Below are positions 35,106-47,947 of a stretch of 64,000 nucleotides of DNA, piece by piece (position 1 is the first letter of the stretch; each line of letters opens with the position of its first letter). The DNA is from Dehalococcoidia bacterium (GTDB taxonomy: Bacteria; Chloroflexota; Dehalococcoidia; UBA2979). The stretch is taken from positions 1,504,001-1,568,000 of the forward strand of contig OZ244720.1 in the NCBI GenBank assembly GCA_965219085.1. Direction: 5' to 3'. The notes beneath the pieces are model-generated. The model was not told the DNA's origin. It worked only from the letters and a program-made list of their open reading frames with translations, and made no database searches. Both the position numbers and the translations under genes were made by a program.

Positions 35106-35927
35106 GTGGACACCCTGCGACGCGTCGCACTGCTCGTTGAGTACGACGGGACGGAGTTCTCCGGCTCGCAACTGCAGCCGGGCCGCCGCACCGTGCAGGG
35201 CGCCATCGAAGACGCCGTCTATGCCTACGACGCCGAGCCGGACGCGGAGCCGCGCAGGGCCGCCCTGGCCGGGCGTACCGACGCCGCCGTGCACGCCCGC
35301 GGCCAGGTCGCGGCCATCGACCTCAACCGCCGCGACGACCTCGCCACGGTGCGGGACGCCATCAACCACTACCTGCCCGATGACGTGGCGGTGCTGGCGG
35401 CGGCCGACGTCGACGCTTCGTTCGACCCTCGGCGCTGCGCCACATCGCGCTGCTACCGCTACCGCATCGAGGACGGACGGCCGCGCTCGCCGCTGAGCCG
35501 CCGCGACCGCTGGCAGGTGCGCAAGCGCCTCGACGATGGCGCGATGGCGGAGGCTGCGGCGCTGCTGCCGCGCGACGAACGAGACTGGTCGGCGTTCGCG
35601 AGCCCGCTCGATGAGGGGCGCTCGCCGCTGCGCACGCTGCACCACCTCTCGGTGGTGCGCACGGGCACGCACGCCATTGAGATCACGATGGAGGCGGACG
35701 CGTTTCTGCCTCACCAGGTACGGCGCACGGCGGGCGCGCTTGAGCGCGTCGGCGGCGGCGCGTGCACGCCGGAGGCGTTCGCGGCGCTGGTGGACGGCGA
35801 GGTGGCGAGCGTGGGCCCGACGGCCCCGCCGCAGGGGCTCACGCTGGAGGCGGTGCGCTACGCGCCGGACCTCCCGGCGTGGGATTGTGACAACACGGCA
35901 CCGGGCGGTGCGGGAGGTCCGAGGTGA
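35106..35927 (+). CDS. truA: tRNA pseudouridine(38-40) synthase
   Basis: YDGT.F.G.Q.Q, AGRTDA.VHA.GQ, TAPPQGL.L. Confidence 0.95.
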   Translation: MDTLRRVALLVEYDGTEFSGSQLQPGRRTVQGAIEDAVYAYDAEPDAEPRRAALAGRTDAAVHARGQVAAIDLNRRDDLATVRDAINHYLPDDVAVLAAADVDASFDPRRCATSRCYRYRIEDGRPRSPLSRRDRWQVRKRLDDGAMAEAAALLPRDERDWSAFASPLDEGRSPLRTLHHLSVVRTGTHAIEITMEADAFLPHQVRRTAGALERVGGGACTPEAFAALVDGEVASVGPTAPPQGLTLEAVRYAPDLPAWDCDNTAPGGAGGPR

Positions 35928-36688
35928 CGACGAAGACGTACCGGCTGCGCGCGTCCGACATCGAGCGCAAGTGGCACGTGCTGGACGCCAGCGGGCGGCC
36001 GCTCGGCCGCATCGCGAGCGACGCGGCGCGCCTGCTGCTGGGCAAGCACAAGCCGACCTACGAGCCGCACCTGGCGATGGGCGACCACGTGATCGTCGTC
36101 AACGCGGGCGAGGTGATCCTGACCGGCAACAAGGCGAGCCAGAAGACCTACTACCGGCACTCCGGCCACCCGGGCAACCTGCACGCGCGCTCGTTCGAGC
36201 AGCAGATGGAGCGCGACCCGCGCAAGGTCATCGAGATCGCCGTGCGCGGGATGCTCCCGCACAACGTGCGCGGCCGCGAGCTGTTCCGGCACCTGAAGGT
36301 CTACGCCGGCCCCGAACACCCGCACGAGGCGCAGGTCAACGCCGGTACGGGCGCCCGCGCCCGGCGCCGCGCGGCGGCCGAGGCCCGCGCGGCTGCCGCG
36401 CCCGCCCCGGCCGTCGAGATCGAGGAGCCTGTCGCCGAGGAGCCGATGGTCGAGGAGCCGACCGTCGAGGAGCCCGTGGCCGAGGCGCCCGGCGAGGCAG
36501 CCGGGGAGGCCACGAGCGAGGCGGCGCCGGCGCGCCTGACCGGCTCGCTGTCGCGCTACCGCCGTGACGAGCTGGACGCCGAGGCGGAACGGCTCGGCTT
36601 CACCATCGAGTCGGAATGGCGCAAGGGCGACGTGGTCGAGGCCATCTCAGCGCACTACGAGGCGAACCCGCTGGACGAGGAAGAGTAG
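35924..36688 (+). CDS. rplM: 50S ribosomal protein L13 fused to an acidic linker and a small helical domain
   Basis: W.VLDA....LGR.AS, GKHKPTY.P, RGMLP, LKVYAG..HPHEAQ, then about 105 extra aa. Confidence 0.95.
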   Translation: MTTKTYRLRASDIERKWHVLDASGRPLGRIASDAARLLLGKHKPTYEPHLAMGDHVIVVNAGEVILTGNKASQKTYYRHSGHPGNLHARSFEQQMERDPRKVIEIAVRGMLPHNVRGRELFRHLKVYAGPEHPHEAQVNAGTGARARRRAAAEARAAAAPAPAVEIEEPVAEEPMVEEPTVEEPVAEAPGEAAGEATSEAAPARLTGSLSRYRRDELDAEAERLGFTIESEWRKGDVVEAISAHYEANPLDEEE

Positions 36689-36691
36689 ACG

Positions 36692-37093
36692 ATGACGACT
36701 GACGCGCAGCACTACTACTACGGCCTCGGCAGACGCAAGGCGGCGGTCGCGCGGGTGCGGCTCTACCCCGGCAACGGAGCGGTGGTCGTGAACGGGCGGC
36801 CGCTCGAAGACGTGATCTTCCGGGCCTCGCAGCGCCAGGACATGATGCTCCCGCTCACCATCACCGAGACGGCGGGGCGCTTCAACGTGCAGGCGATGGT
36901 GAAGGGCGGCGGCGTGACCGGCTGGACCGGCGCGCTCCGCCTGGGCATCGCGCGCGCGCTCCTCGCGGCCGACGAGGGCTACCGCCGGACGCTGCGGCAG
37001 AACGGGCTGCTGACGCGCGACGCGCGGGTGAAGGAGCGCAAGAAGCCGGGCCTGAAGCGCGCCCGCAAGGCTCCGCAGTTCACCAAGCGCTAG
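36692..37093 (+). CDS. rpsI: 30S ribosomal protein S9
   Basis: GRRK.A.ARV, LTRD.R.KERKK.G. Confidence 0.98.
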   Translation: MTTDAQHYYYGLGRRKAAVARVRLYPGNGAVVVNGRPLEDVIFRASQRQDMMLPLTITETAGRFNVQAMVKGGGVTGWTGALRLGIARALLAADEGYRRTLRQNGLLTRDARVKERKKPGLKRARKAPQFTKR

Positions 37094-37120
37094 CGAGCGA
37101 GTCCTCGGGACACTCGAGCC

Positions 37121-37150
37121 CGGGGCGGCATTGCCGCCCCGTTACTTGTC
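37121..37150 (+). terminator. Intrinsic terminator of the ribosomal superoperon
   Basis: CGGGGCGGC-ATT-GCCGCCCCG followed by TTACTTGT. Confidence 0.7.
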
Positions 37151-37194
37151 ATTCCGTCGTGGCGGGGGTTCATCGACGCTGCACGGGCCCAGAT

Positions 37195-37220
37195 ATACGC
37201 AAAGCCCCCGAAGGGGCTTC
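37195..37220 (-). terminator. Probable terminator after pgm/pmm
   Basis: Minus strand GAAGCCCC-TTCG-GGGGCTTT then GCGTATAT. Confidence 0.55.
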
Positions 37221-37282
37221 GCACCCGGCCCGCGAACCGACCGGGGGAGTGCCTTAACTGTGCTACGGAACGACGCAGTTCG

Positions 37283-38695
37283 TCAAGGTACGCCCGCGAT
37301 GCGCTGCCCCTCGCGCAGCGCCGCCTGCACCAGGTTCGTCGACGGCATCTCCGCGTAGATCCGCAGCAGCGGCTCCGTGCCGCTGAACCGCAGCAGCAGC
37401 CACCACCCGCCCTCGAGCGTGAAGCGGTAGCCGTCCAGCGTGTCCTTCGAGGTGACCGCGAGGCCCGCGATCGTTGACGGCTCCGCAGCAGCGACGCGCG
37501 CGGCGATGGCGTCGCGGTCTTCGGGGCGGAGTGCGATGTCGACGCGGTCGTACTCGTGGTGGCCGACCTCCTCGTACAGCTCCGCGAGGAGCTGCGAGGG
37601 CGGCTTGCCGGTGCGCACGACGTAGTCGAGCAGCAGCAGGCCGGACAGGATGCCGTCGCGTTCCGGGATGTGGCCGCGGAACGCGTAGCCGCCCGACTCC
37701 TCGCCGGCCACGAGCGCGTCTTCCTCGATCATCTTCGGGCCGAGGAACTTGAACCCGACCGCCGTCTCGTGCACCGGGACGCCGAAGCGCTCGCCGAGGC
37801 GGTCGATCATCCGCGTCGAGGTGATCGAGCGCACGAACGCGCCGCGCTCGCCGCGCACATCGAGCAGGTAGCGCACGAGCAGCGCGAACGCCTGGTGCTG
37901 GTTGAGGAACGCGCCCCGCTCGTCGACGAGACCGAGGCGGTCGCCGTCGCCGTCGGTGGCGAGGCCGATGTCGTAGCCGCCGCCCTCGACGATGTCGAGC
38001 AGCGCGCCGAGGTTCCGTGCGATCGGCTCCGGCGCGTGCATGCCGGGGAACGCCGGGTTCGGCTCGCCACGCAGCTCGTGCACCGTCGTCGCGCCCTCGC
38101 CGAGCACGCGCGCCGTGAGGCCGCCCGCCGCGCCGTGCATCGAGTCGACGGCGACGCGCAGCCCAGCGGCACGGATGCGCTCGACGTCTACGAACGCGCG
38201 CAATGCCTCGACGTACTCGGGGCGCGGGTCGAAGCGCTCGATCGCGCCGTCCCGGACGGCACGGTGGACGCCGCCTCCGGCGAGGATGGCCGGGATGTCC
38301 CGCTCGATCTCCGAGGTGACCTCGGGCGGGGCGGAGTTGCCGACCGCCTGCTTCACCTTGAAGCCGTTCCACTCCGCGGGGTTGTGGCTGGAGGTGATGA
38401 CCACGCCCGCCCCGGCCCCTCGATGCCGCACGGCGTGCGAGATGGCGGGTGTCGGAGCGGCCGCCGACGCAAGCCCGACGGTGATGCCGTTGCCGGCGAG
38501 TACCTCGGCCACCGCCTGCGCGAACTCCGCCGAAAGGAAGCGCGTGTCGTAGCCGACGACGGCGCCACTGGCGGCGAGGCCGGCGCGCTGCATCCACGCG
38601 GCCGTGGCCTGCGCGACCGCGCGCACGTTGTCGAAGGTGAAGTCCTCGCCGATGACCGCGCGCCAGCCGTCGGTGCCGAAGCGGATCTCGGCCAT
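37283..38695 (-). CDS. Phosphoglucomutase/phosphomannomutase family protein
   Basis: FGTDGWR, TSSHNP, DGDGDR, GEESGG, RFSGTEP. Confidence 0.95.
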   Translation of the reverse strand: MAEIRFGTDGWRAVIGEDFTFDNVRAVAQATAAWMQRAGLAASGAVVGYDTRFLSAEFAQAVAEVLAGNGITVGLASAAAPTPAISHAVRHRGAGAGVVITSSHNPAEWNGFKVKQAVGNSAPPEVTSEIERDIPAILAGGGVHRAVRDGAIERFDPRPEYVEALRAFVDVERIRAAGLRVAVDSMHGAAGGLTARVLGEGATTVHELRGEPNPAFPGMHAPEPIARNLGALLDIVEGGGYDIGLATDGDGDRLGLVDERGAFLNQHQAFALLVRYLLDVRGERGAFVRSITSTRMIDRLGERFGVPVHETAVGFKFLGPKMIEEDALVAGEESGGYAFRGHIPERDGILSGLLLLDYVVRTGKPPSQLLAELYEEVGHHEYDRVDIALRPEDRDAIAARVAAAEPSTIAGLAVTSKDTLDGYRFTLEGGWWLLLRFSGTEPLLRIYAEMPSTNLVQAALREGQRIAGVP

Positions 38696-39759
38696 CAGGC
38701 GCCGCGGCTGCCTGCCGCGGGGTGCACCGTGCCGTCGCGGAACACGGCGTCCGAGTCGATCTCGATGCCCGCTGGCGGCCGCTCTCCCGCGGCCACCTCG
38801 GCGCCGTGCCCGAGCACCGCGTCGCCGAGCACCGCGCCCGCGCCGACGCGCGCGCCGCTCGCGAGCACGCAGCGATCGACGCGCGCGCCCGCGCCGATGT
38901 GCACGCCGTCCCACAGCACACTCGACGTGACGAGTGCGCCCGCGCCGATACGGCATTCGGCCCCGGCGACCACACCCAGCCCGAGCATCGCGGACGCGGC
39001 AACGGTCGCGCCCGTGGCGACCAGCGCCGGAAAACCCTCGGCCGCGAGTGCCGGCGCGTCGCCGCGCAGCAAGTCGATATTGGTCTGGAGGTAGGCCGCC
39101 GATGTGCCCACGTCGGCCCAGTACCCGTAGTGGCGGAACCCGACGATGGCGCGCCCGCCGTCGGCCATGCCGGGGAACAGCTCGTCCTCGACGCGGTTGA
39201 ACCGGGTCGCGTCGAGTTCGCGTGCGACGTGCGGCTCGAACAGCCACACGCCCGCGTTGATGAGGTTGGAGGGGGCCTCGGCCGGCGGGGGCTTCTCGAC
39301 GAAGCGTGTGATGCGGTCGCCGTCGAGCGCGACGACGCCGAAGCGCGAGGGGTCGTCGACCTCGTACAGCGCGATCGACAGCTCCGCTGCGCGCGCGCGG
39401 TGTGCCTCGACCATCGCGCCGAGGTTGATGTCGCAGACGAGGTCGCCGTTGCAGACCAGGAACGGCTCGTCCCACCCGGCCGCGCAGGTCGCGATCGCGC
39501 CGCCGGAGCCAAGTGGCTCCCCCTCGTACACCCGCTCGATGGAGAGCCCGAGGTGCGCGCCGTCCCCGAACGCATCCTCGATCGCCTCGTCGGGAGCGGT
39601 CATCGCGAGCGTGACATCGCGTACGCCGTGGAGCTGCAGCCGCCGCAGCAGGTACTCGAGCAGCGGGCGGTTGAGGATCGGGACGAGCTGCTTGAGCGTG
39701 CGCGGGGTGAGCGGGCGGAGGCGCGTGCCGCGCCCACCCACGAGTACGATCGCCTTCAT
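38695..39759 (-). CDS. NDP-sugar synthase (mannose-1-phosphate guanylyltransferase-like)
   Basis: LVGGRGTRLRPLT...K, FVEKP, INAG, C-terminal hexapeptide repeats. Confidence 0.9.
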   Translation of the reverse strand: MKAIVLVGGRGTRLRPLTPRTLKQLVPILNRPLLEYLLRRLQLHGVRDVTLAMTAPDEAIEDAFGDGAHLGLSIERVYEGEPLGSGGAIATCAAGWDEPFLVCNGDLVCDINLGAMVEAHRARAAELSIALYEVDDPSRFGVVALDGDRITRFVEKPPPAEAPSNLINAGVWLFEPHVARELDATRFNRVEDELFPGMADGGRAIVGFRHYGYWADVGTSAAYLQTNIDLLRGDAPALAAEGFPALVATGATVAASAMLGLGVVAGAECRIGAGALVTSSVLWDGVHIGAGARVDRCVLASGARVGAGAVLGDAVLGHGAEVAAGERPPAGIEIDSDAVFRDGTVHPAAGSRGA

Positions 39760-40144
39760 GTTGGGGCCCCCACCGCGGCCCTCGATCCAAGAGCGCGCGT
39801 TGACCTCGTGGGGCATCGTACAACCCGCCGCGGCAGGGGCAAATGAGACGATCGGCTCCTTTGACCGACGAGGGCCGAGGGGGCGCGCAGAGCGCCCTTC
39901 GGTACTTAGGTTAGAATCTCCTACGAATAGTTACACGTCTGCGAAACACCAGACGCTGGACATATTGAACTCGGATACGTCGGTAATTCACCAATGTATT
40001 CCTCCAATGCCGCGAGCCTCGCCTAGTCGACCGACCCTAAGGGGCATCGCTGCCTCTGAGAGCTAGGTTCGATGGCTCAATTTCAAATCGCCTAGGTGCC
40101 ATCAAAGGGATCCGGCACCTACGTGCGCCAGTATACTCCATCTC

Positions 40145-40885
40145 GTGAGAACTCGATTGCTCTTGGCTGTGGCCATAGCCTCCTTGGCCCTGCTCGGCGC
40201 AGCTGGCTACGCCGCCTACGGCGCCAATCACGAAGCTGAGGTGCGCATCGTCGCGCGTCGACTTGACGACGGGCGCACCGAGTTCGGCCTGCAGCAACGC
40301 GGCACCGACGGGGAGTGGGCCGAACGCCGGTTGCCCACGCGCAGATTCTTCCCTGCCGATCCTGGGCATGGACGTTGGGTTTCCAGTTCTCCGCTGTCGG
40401 TTGCCCCGCCCCCTCAGGAGCCATTCGAGGGAAGCGGCACCATGAATGGGGTTGCGTTCTACACGTCGGAGGACAAGTTCACGGATCGCATTGGGACGCG
40501 CATATCCATCGACGAGCTGGGGGAAGGTGGAGCGTATAGTAGAAAAGCTGAATTGACGATGGTGTGTAACTGGCTCGGAGAGGTGGAGCTCTTCTTCGTG
40601 ATATTTGAACCTCTTGAAGACTACGATGATGAGGAGGTTCAGGTCACGTACCGGCTCGACGAGGCGACTCAAATCGTTGAGAAGTGGCGTATCGGCGATC
40701 TTGTCCAAATTGCTACATACCTGTCCCCCTCTGAATCGAGCGCGTTCTATGACGACCTACGCGATGTCGAGACGTTGCTCATACGGTTGCGTATACGTGA
40801 CCGAGGCGCGCAAACCTTTACGTTCGATGTGTCGGATTTCTTCAATACACCCGCTCAGGGAAATATCGATCAGTGCGGGCCATAG
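40145..40885 (+). CDS. Hypothetical exported protein, lower GC, inserted in the opposite orientation
   Basis: Signal-peptide-like N-terminus; TATACT 7 nt before GTG; many A/T-ending codons in C-terminal half. Confidence 0.75.
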   Translation: MRTRLLLAVAIASLALLGAAGYAAYGANHEAEVRIVARRLDDGRTEFGLQQRGTDGEWAERRLPTRRFFPADPGHGRWVSSSPLSVAPPPQEPFEGSGTMNGVAFYTSEDKFTDRIGTRISIDELGEGGAYSRKAELTMVCNWLGEVELFFVIFEPLEDYDDEEVQVTYRLDEATQIVEKWRIGDLVQIATYLSPSESSAFYDDLRDVETLLIRLRIRDRGAQTFTFDVSDFFNTPAQGNIDQCGP

Positions 40886-40950
40886 GCTGAGCGCCTGAGC
40901 CCAACTGGACGGCACTCCGTCTCCTTGCCAGCGGCTACGCGGCTCTCGCG

Positions 40951-44388
<3,438 letters not shown>

Positions 44389-44392
<4 letters not shown>

Positions 44393-45291
44393 GGCCCCTC
44401 TCCCTCGGGTGTCCCGCCATCGGCCGGGCCCCAGTAGCGGTCGACGAGCAGCGCAAGGCGGCTGCGTGTCTCGGCGGGCACGAGCTGTGGCGCCGTCATC
44501 AGCGCCGACGCGAGCGCGCTGCCACACCCGCACGGGCGGCCGTCCCCGATGCCCTCGATCGCCGCCGCGAGGATCGAGCGCGCACGGGCGGTGTTCTCGC
44601 GCAGCACGCGCATGACGAGATCGGCGCTGACGTCGTCCTCGTGCGCGTGCCACACGTCGTAATCGGTAACGAAGCAGATCGATGCGTAGCAGAGCTCGGC
44701 CTCGCGGGCGAGGCGGGCTTCGGGAAGCGCGGTCATGCCGATGATGTCCGCGCCCCACGAGCGGAACAGCTGAGACTCCGCGCGCGTCGAGAACGCGGGG
44801 CCCTCGATGACCACCAGCGTGCCGCCCTCGTGCGCCGTCGCGCCCACGCCGATTGCCGCGTTGGCGAGTTGGTGCGAGAGCGCCTGGCAGAACGGGTCGG
44901 CCAGCCCGACGTGCGCAACGAGGCCGTCGCCGAAGAAGCTCGGCGGCCGTCCGCGCGTGCGGTCGATGAGCTGGTTCGGCACCACCGCGTGCCCCGGCGC
45001 GATGTGCTGCTGTAGCGAGCCGACGGCCGAGGCGGCGAAGAGCCGCTCGACGCCGAGCTGGCGGAAGCCGTGGATGTTCGCGCGCGCGGGCAGCTCGTGG
45101 GGCAACAGCGTGTGCCCCTCGCCGTGGCGGGCGAGGAACGCGACGCGCTTCCCGCGCAGCGAGCCGACCACGTACGGCCCGCTCGGCTTCCCGAACGGCG
45201 TGTCGAGATCGACGCGTTCCGGCGCCTCGAGGGCGTCGAGCGCGTAGAAGCCGGAGCCGCCGATGACGCCGATCTCGGGCGTCGCGGTCAC
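44389..45291 (-). CDS. mtnP: S-methyl-5'-thioadenosine phosphorylase
   Basis: IGVIGGSG, TPFG.PS, RHG..H, EGP.FSTRAES, GMT..PEA.LAREAE, TDYD.W. Confidence 0.95.
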
Positions 45292-45319
45292 CTTCGCGCC
45301 TCCTTCGTCGACCCGACCG

Positions 45320-45514
45320 CTAGACGATCGAGTCACTCTTCTGCCGGTTGCAGTCTCCGCACAGGATCTGGATGTTGTCGATGGCGCCGCCGCCCTTCGC
45401 CACGGGGATCATGTGGTCGAACTGCAGGTCGTCTTCGGCCCCGCAGCGCGTGCATTGTCCGGCGTCGCGCTCCCGCACGAACGCGCGCACCTCGTCGGGG
45501 ATGCGCAGGCTCAC
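45320..45514 (-). CDS. Minimal stand-alone HNH endonuclease (64 aa)
   Basis: V.ERD...CTRCG, DHMIP..KGG, NIQILC..CN..K; GAGGGG SD. Confidence 0.8.
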   Translation of the reverse strand: MSLRIPDEVRAFVRERDAGQCTRCGAEDDLQFDHMIPVAKGGGAIDNIQILCGDCNRQKSDSIV

Positions 45515-45524
45515 GGCCGCCCCC

Positions 45525-46610
45525 TCACGACGGGACCTCGACGCTCGCGGGTGACGCGGCGACGGCGGCGGCGATCGAGGGACCGTAGGGAGCGCGCAGC
45601 ACGCCCCGCTCGGTCACGATCGCGTCGATGAGCTCCGCGCGTGTCACGTCGAACGCCGGGTTGAGGGCGCGCGCCCCCGGCGCGGCGAGGTCGGCGCCGC
45701 CCGGCCGCAGCACCTCGTCCTCGGCGCGCTCCTCGATCGGGATCGACGCGCCGTCGGGCGTGTGGGGATCGAGGGTGGAGACGGGCGCGACGATGTAGAA
45801 CGGGACGTGGTGGTGGCGGGCGAGCACGGCGAGCATGTAGGTGCCGATCTTGTTGGCGGTGTCGCCGTTTGCAGCAACGCGGTCGGCGCCCGTGACGACG
45901 GCGCTGACGCGGCCCGCGGCCATGAGCGAAGCCGCCGCCCCCTCGACGACGAGGCGGAATGGCACGTCGTGCTGCTGCAACTCCCACGCCGTGAGCCGCG
46001 CGCCCTGCAGGCGCGGGCGCGTCTCGCACGCGAGCACCTCGGTGAGGCGACCGCTGCGCCACCCCTCGACGATGACGCCGAGGGCGGTGCCGCCGCCCGC
46101 CGTGGCGAGCGGGCCGGTGTTGCAGAGCGTGAGCACGTGCGTGTCGGGCGGGAACAGCGCCGCGCCGAGCTCCGCCATGCGGGCATCGGCGTCGTGTTGC
46201 GCCTCGTGGATGGCGCGCGCCTCGTCGAGGGCGGCCGCGCGCGCCCCCTTGTCGCTCGACGACGACGCCACGCGCGCCGCGACGCGGTCCAGCGCCCAGC
46301 GCAGGTTGACGGCGGTCGGGCGCGTCGCGCCCAGCTCCCGCGCGGCCTCCTCGACGGTCCCGGCCACGTCCGATGACGCACGAGCAGCGGCCGCCGCGAG
46401 CGCGTATGCGGCGGTCACGCCGATGGCCGGCGCGCCGCGCACGCGCATCGTCGTGATCGCCTCGGCGGCGGCGTCGACGGTATCGAGGGGGATGTAGCGC
46501 GTCTCGCCGGGGAGCAGCGTCTGGTCGAGCAGCCACAGCCGCCCGTCGCGCCACGCGACGGGCTCGTACGGCTCGCGGGTGGTGGAAGCGGCAGCCGGTG
46601 CCCGTGCCAT
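45525..46610 (-). CDS. mtnA: Methylthioribose-1-phosphate isomerase
   Basis: LDQTLLP, VRGAPAIG, TRPTAVNL, ETRP.LQGARLT, ANKIGTY, NPAFDVT. Confidence 0.96.
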   Translation of the reverse strand: MARAPAAASTTREPYEPVAWRDGRLWLLDQTLLPGETRYIPLDTVDAAAEAITTMRVRGAPAIGVTAAYALAAAAARASSDVAGTVEEAARELGATRPTAVNLRWALDRVAARVASSSSDKGARAAALDEARAIHEAQHDADARMAELGAALFPPDTHVLTLCNTGPLATAGGGTALGVIVEGWRSGRLTEVLACETRPRLQGARLTAWELQQHDVPFRLVVEGAAASLMAAGRVSAVVTGADRVAANGDTANKIGTYMLAVLARHHHVPFYIVAPVSTLDPHTPDGASIPIEERAEDEVLRPGGADLAAPGARALNPAFDVTRAELIDAIVTERGVLRAPYGPSIAAAVAASPASVEVPS

Positions 46611-46850
46611 GTGCATATGGTAGAGCGAGCGGCCCTCCGGAGGCATCCGGGGGATGGGATTACATATCTAGTTACCCAAAGTGAAACAACGGGCTAGCCG
46701 AACACAGAATTGTCCCAAAAATAGTGGTCGGAATATGGGGGAGCGGCAATTCGGTCTGTTGTTTTTAGGTGCTCTCGAAATCCCCGCACATGAAAACCAA
46801 AAACCGATGTTCGTGTACGCTACTTGTCAAAAGGCCGCGCGCACACTTAC

Positions 46851-46972
46851 GCTTGTGACTCGAAGTGAGGGTCGGGCTAGCAGGGTTCATTTTGGCTTGG
46901 GGTGGTTTTGAGCGTATTCCCCGCGCCGAAAAGGAAAAACCCGCTGCCCGGCCCTCGCCTCGCGTCACAAGC
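46851..46972. ncRNA. Candidate structured ncRNA: rod-like hairpin of about 45 bp
   Basis: GCTTGTGAC...GTCACAAGC arms; hand count of 42 WC + 3 G-U pairs on the + strand; flanking promoter-like motifs. Confidence 0.45.
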
Positions 46973-47069
46973 CTCAGATAGAGCCTAGCACCCCCCAAAG
47001 GTGACCTGTCAACGGGCGTGACTGTCCGGCAAGTCCATGACGGCGAGCCTTGCTACCACCCCGGATGAG

Positions 47070-47105
47070 CCGGATGGGTACCTTGCGATATAGGCACCCA
47101 TCCGG
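47070..47105. repeat. Inverted repeat (14-bp arms, 1 mismatch)
   Basis: CCGGATGGGTACCT-N8-AGGCACCCATCCGG. Confidence 0.7.
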
Positions 47106-47121
47106 GCACTCTCGCCCAACA

Positions 47122-47151
47122 TTGACCCCCGCCGGAGCCCGAACCTAGCAT
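47122..47151 (+). promoter_or_regulatory. Sigma70 promoter, probably leaderless transcript
   Basis: TTGACC-N18-TAGCAT, 7 nt before ATG 47159. Confidence 0.65.
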
Positions 47152-47158
47152 CGAGCCG

Positions 47159-47947
47159 ATGCCTGAACCGTCACCCGACCCGTTCGCGCGGATCGCGCGC
47201 TTCTACGACCTCGACCTCGAGGGCTTCGACGACGACCTCGCGCTCTACCTCCACCTCGCCGACGGCGTCGAGGTGATCGAGCTCGGCTGCGGCACGGGAC
47301 GCGTCGCCGTCCCGCTCGCCGAGGCGGGCGTGCGGGTCACGGGCGTCGACCTCAGTCCGGCGATGCTCGCCATCGCGCGCGGTCGCGCCGAGGGACTGCC
47401 GCTGCGGCTGATCGAGGGCGACCTGCGCACGCTCGACCTCGGCGAGCGCTTCGGCGCGGTGTTCGTCCCGCTCGGCGGACTCCAGCACATGGCGACCGCC
47501 GCCGAGGTCGCCGCCGCGCTCGCGACGGTCGCGCGCCACCTCGCCCCCGACGGTCAGGCGGTGGTCGACGTCGAGACGCCGCACCCGGACGATTGGCTGC
47601 CGGGCCCGCGGCCGCTGCTCCAGCACTGGACGCGCGAGTTGCCGCCTGAGCCGGGCTCGCTCGGAGGCGTCGTCACCAAGCTCGTCGCCGTCGAAGGCCG
47701 GCCGGTGGAGGCGCTGCGCGAGGTGACGTACCACTTCGACGTGCAGCCGCCGGAGGGGCCGCTGCAGCGCGTCACGCAGCAGTTCGCGCTGCGCGTCATC
47801 ACGGCCGGCGAGCTCGAGCTCGCCACGCGCCTCGCCGGGCTGCGCGTCGCCGCCTGGTACGGCGACTACGACGGGGCGCCGCCGCGCGAGGGCGACGACC
47901 GCCTGATCGCAGTCCTCGAACACGACGCAGGGAGAGGGGGCGCCTGA
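47159..47947 (+). CDS. Class I SAM-dependent methyltransferase
   Basis: ELGCGTGRV, GVDLSPAML, EGDLR. Confidence 0.9.
   Translation: MPEPSPDPFARIARFYDLDLEGFDDDLALYLHLADGVEVIELGCGTGRVAVPLAEAGVRVTGVDLSPAMLAIARGRAEGLPLRLIEGDLRTLDLGERFGAVFVPLGGLQHMATAAEVAAALATVARHLAPDGQAVVDVETPHPDDWLPGPRPLLQHWTRELPPEPGSLGGVVTKLVAVEGRPVEALREVTYHFDVQPPEGPLQRVTQQFALRVITAGELELATRLAGLRVAAWYGDYDGAPPREGDDRLIAVLEHDAGRGGA

Noticed and set aside
46655-46690. dif site or oriC in the AT-rich gap
   Set aside because: Spacing between the putative Xer arms is wrong and there is no DnaA-box cluster.
46611-46800. SAM or SAH riboswitch upstream of the mtnA-metK operon
   Set aside because: No recognisable aptamer core, and a -10 box 6 nt before the ATG suggests a leaderless mRNA.
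46681-46998. Short ORFs 46681-46911 (+) and 46765-46998 (-) as proteins or type I toxins
   Set aside because: Atypical codon usage, no clear SD and no transmembrane helix.
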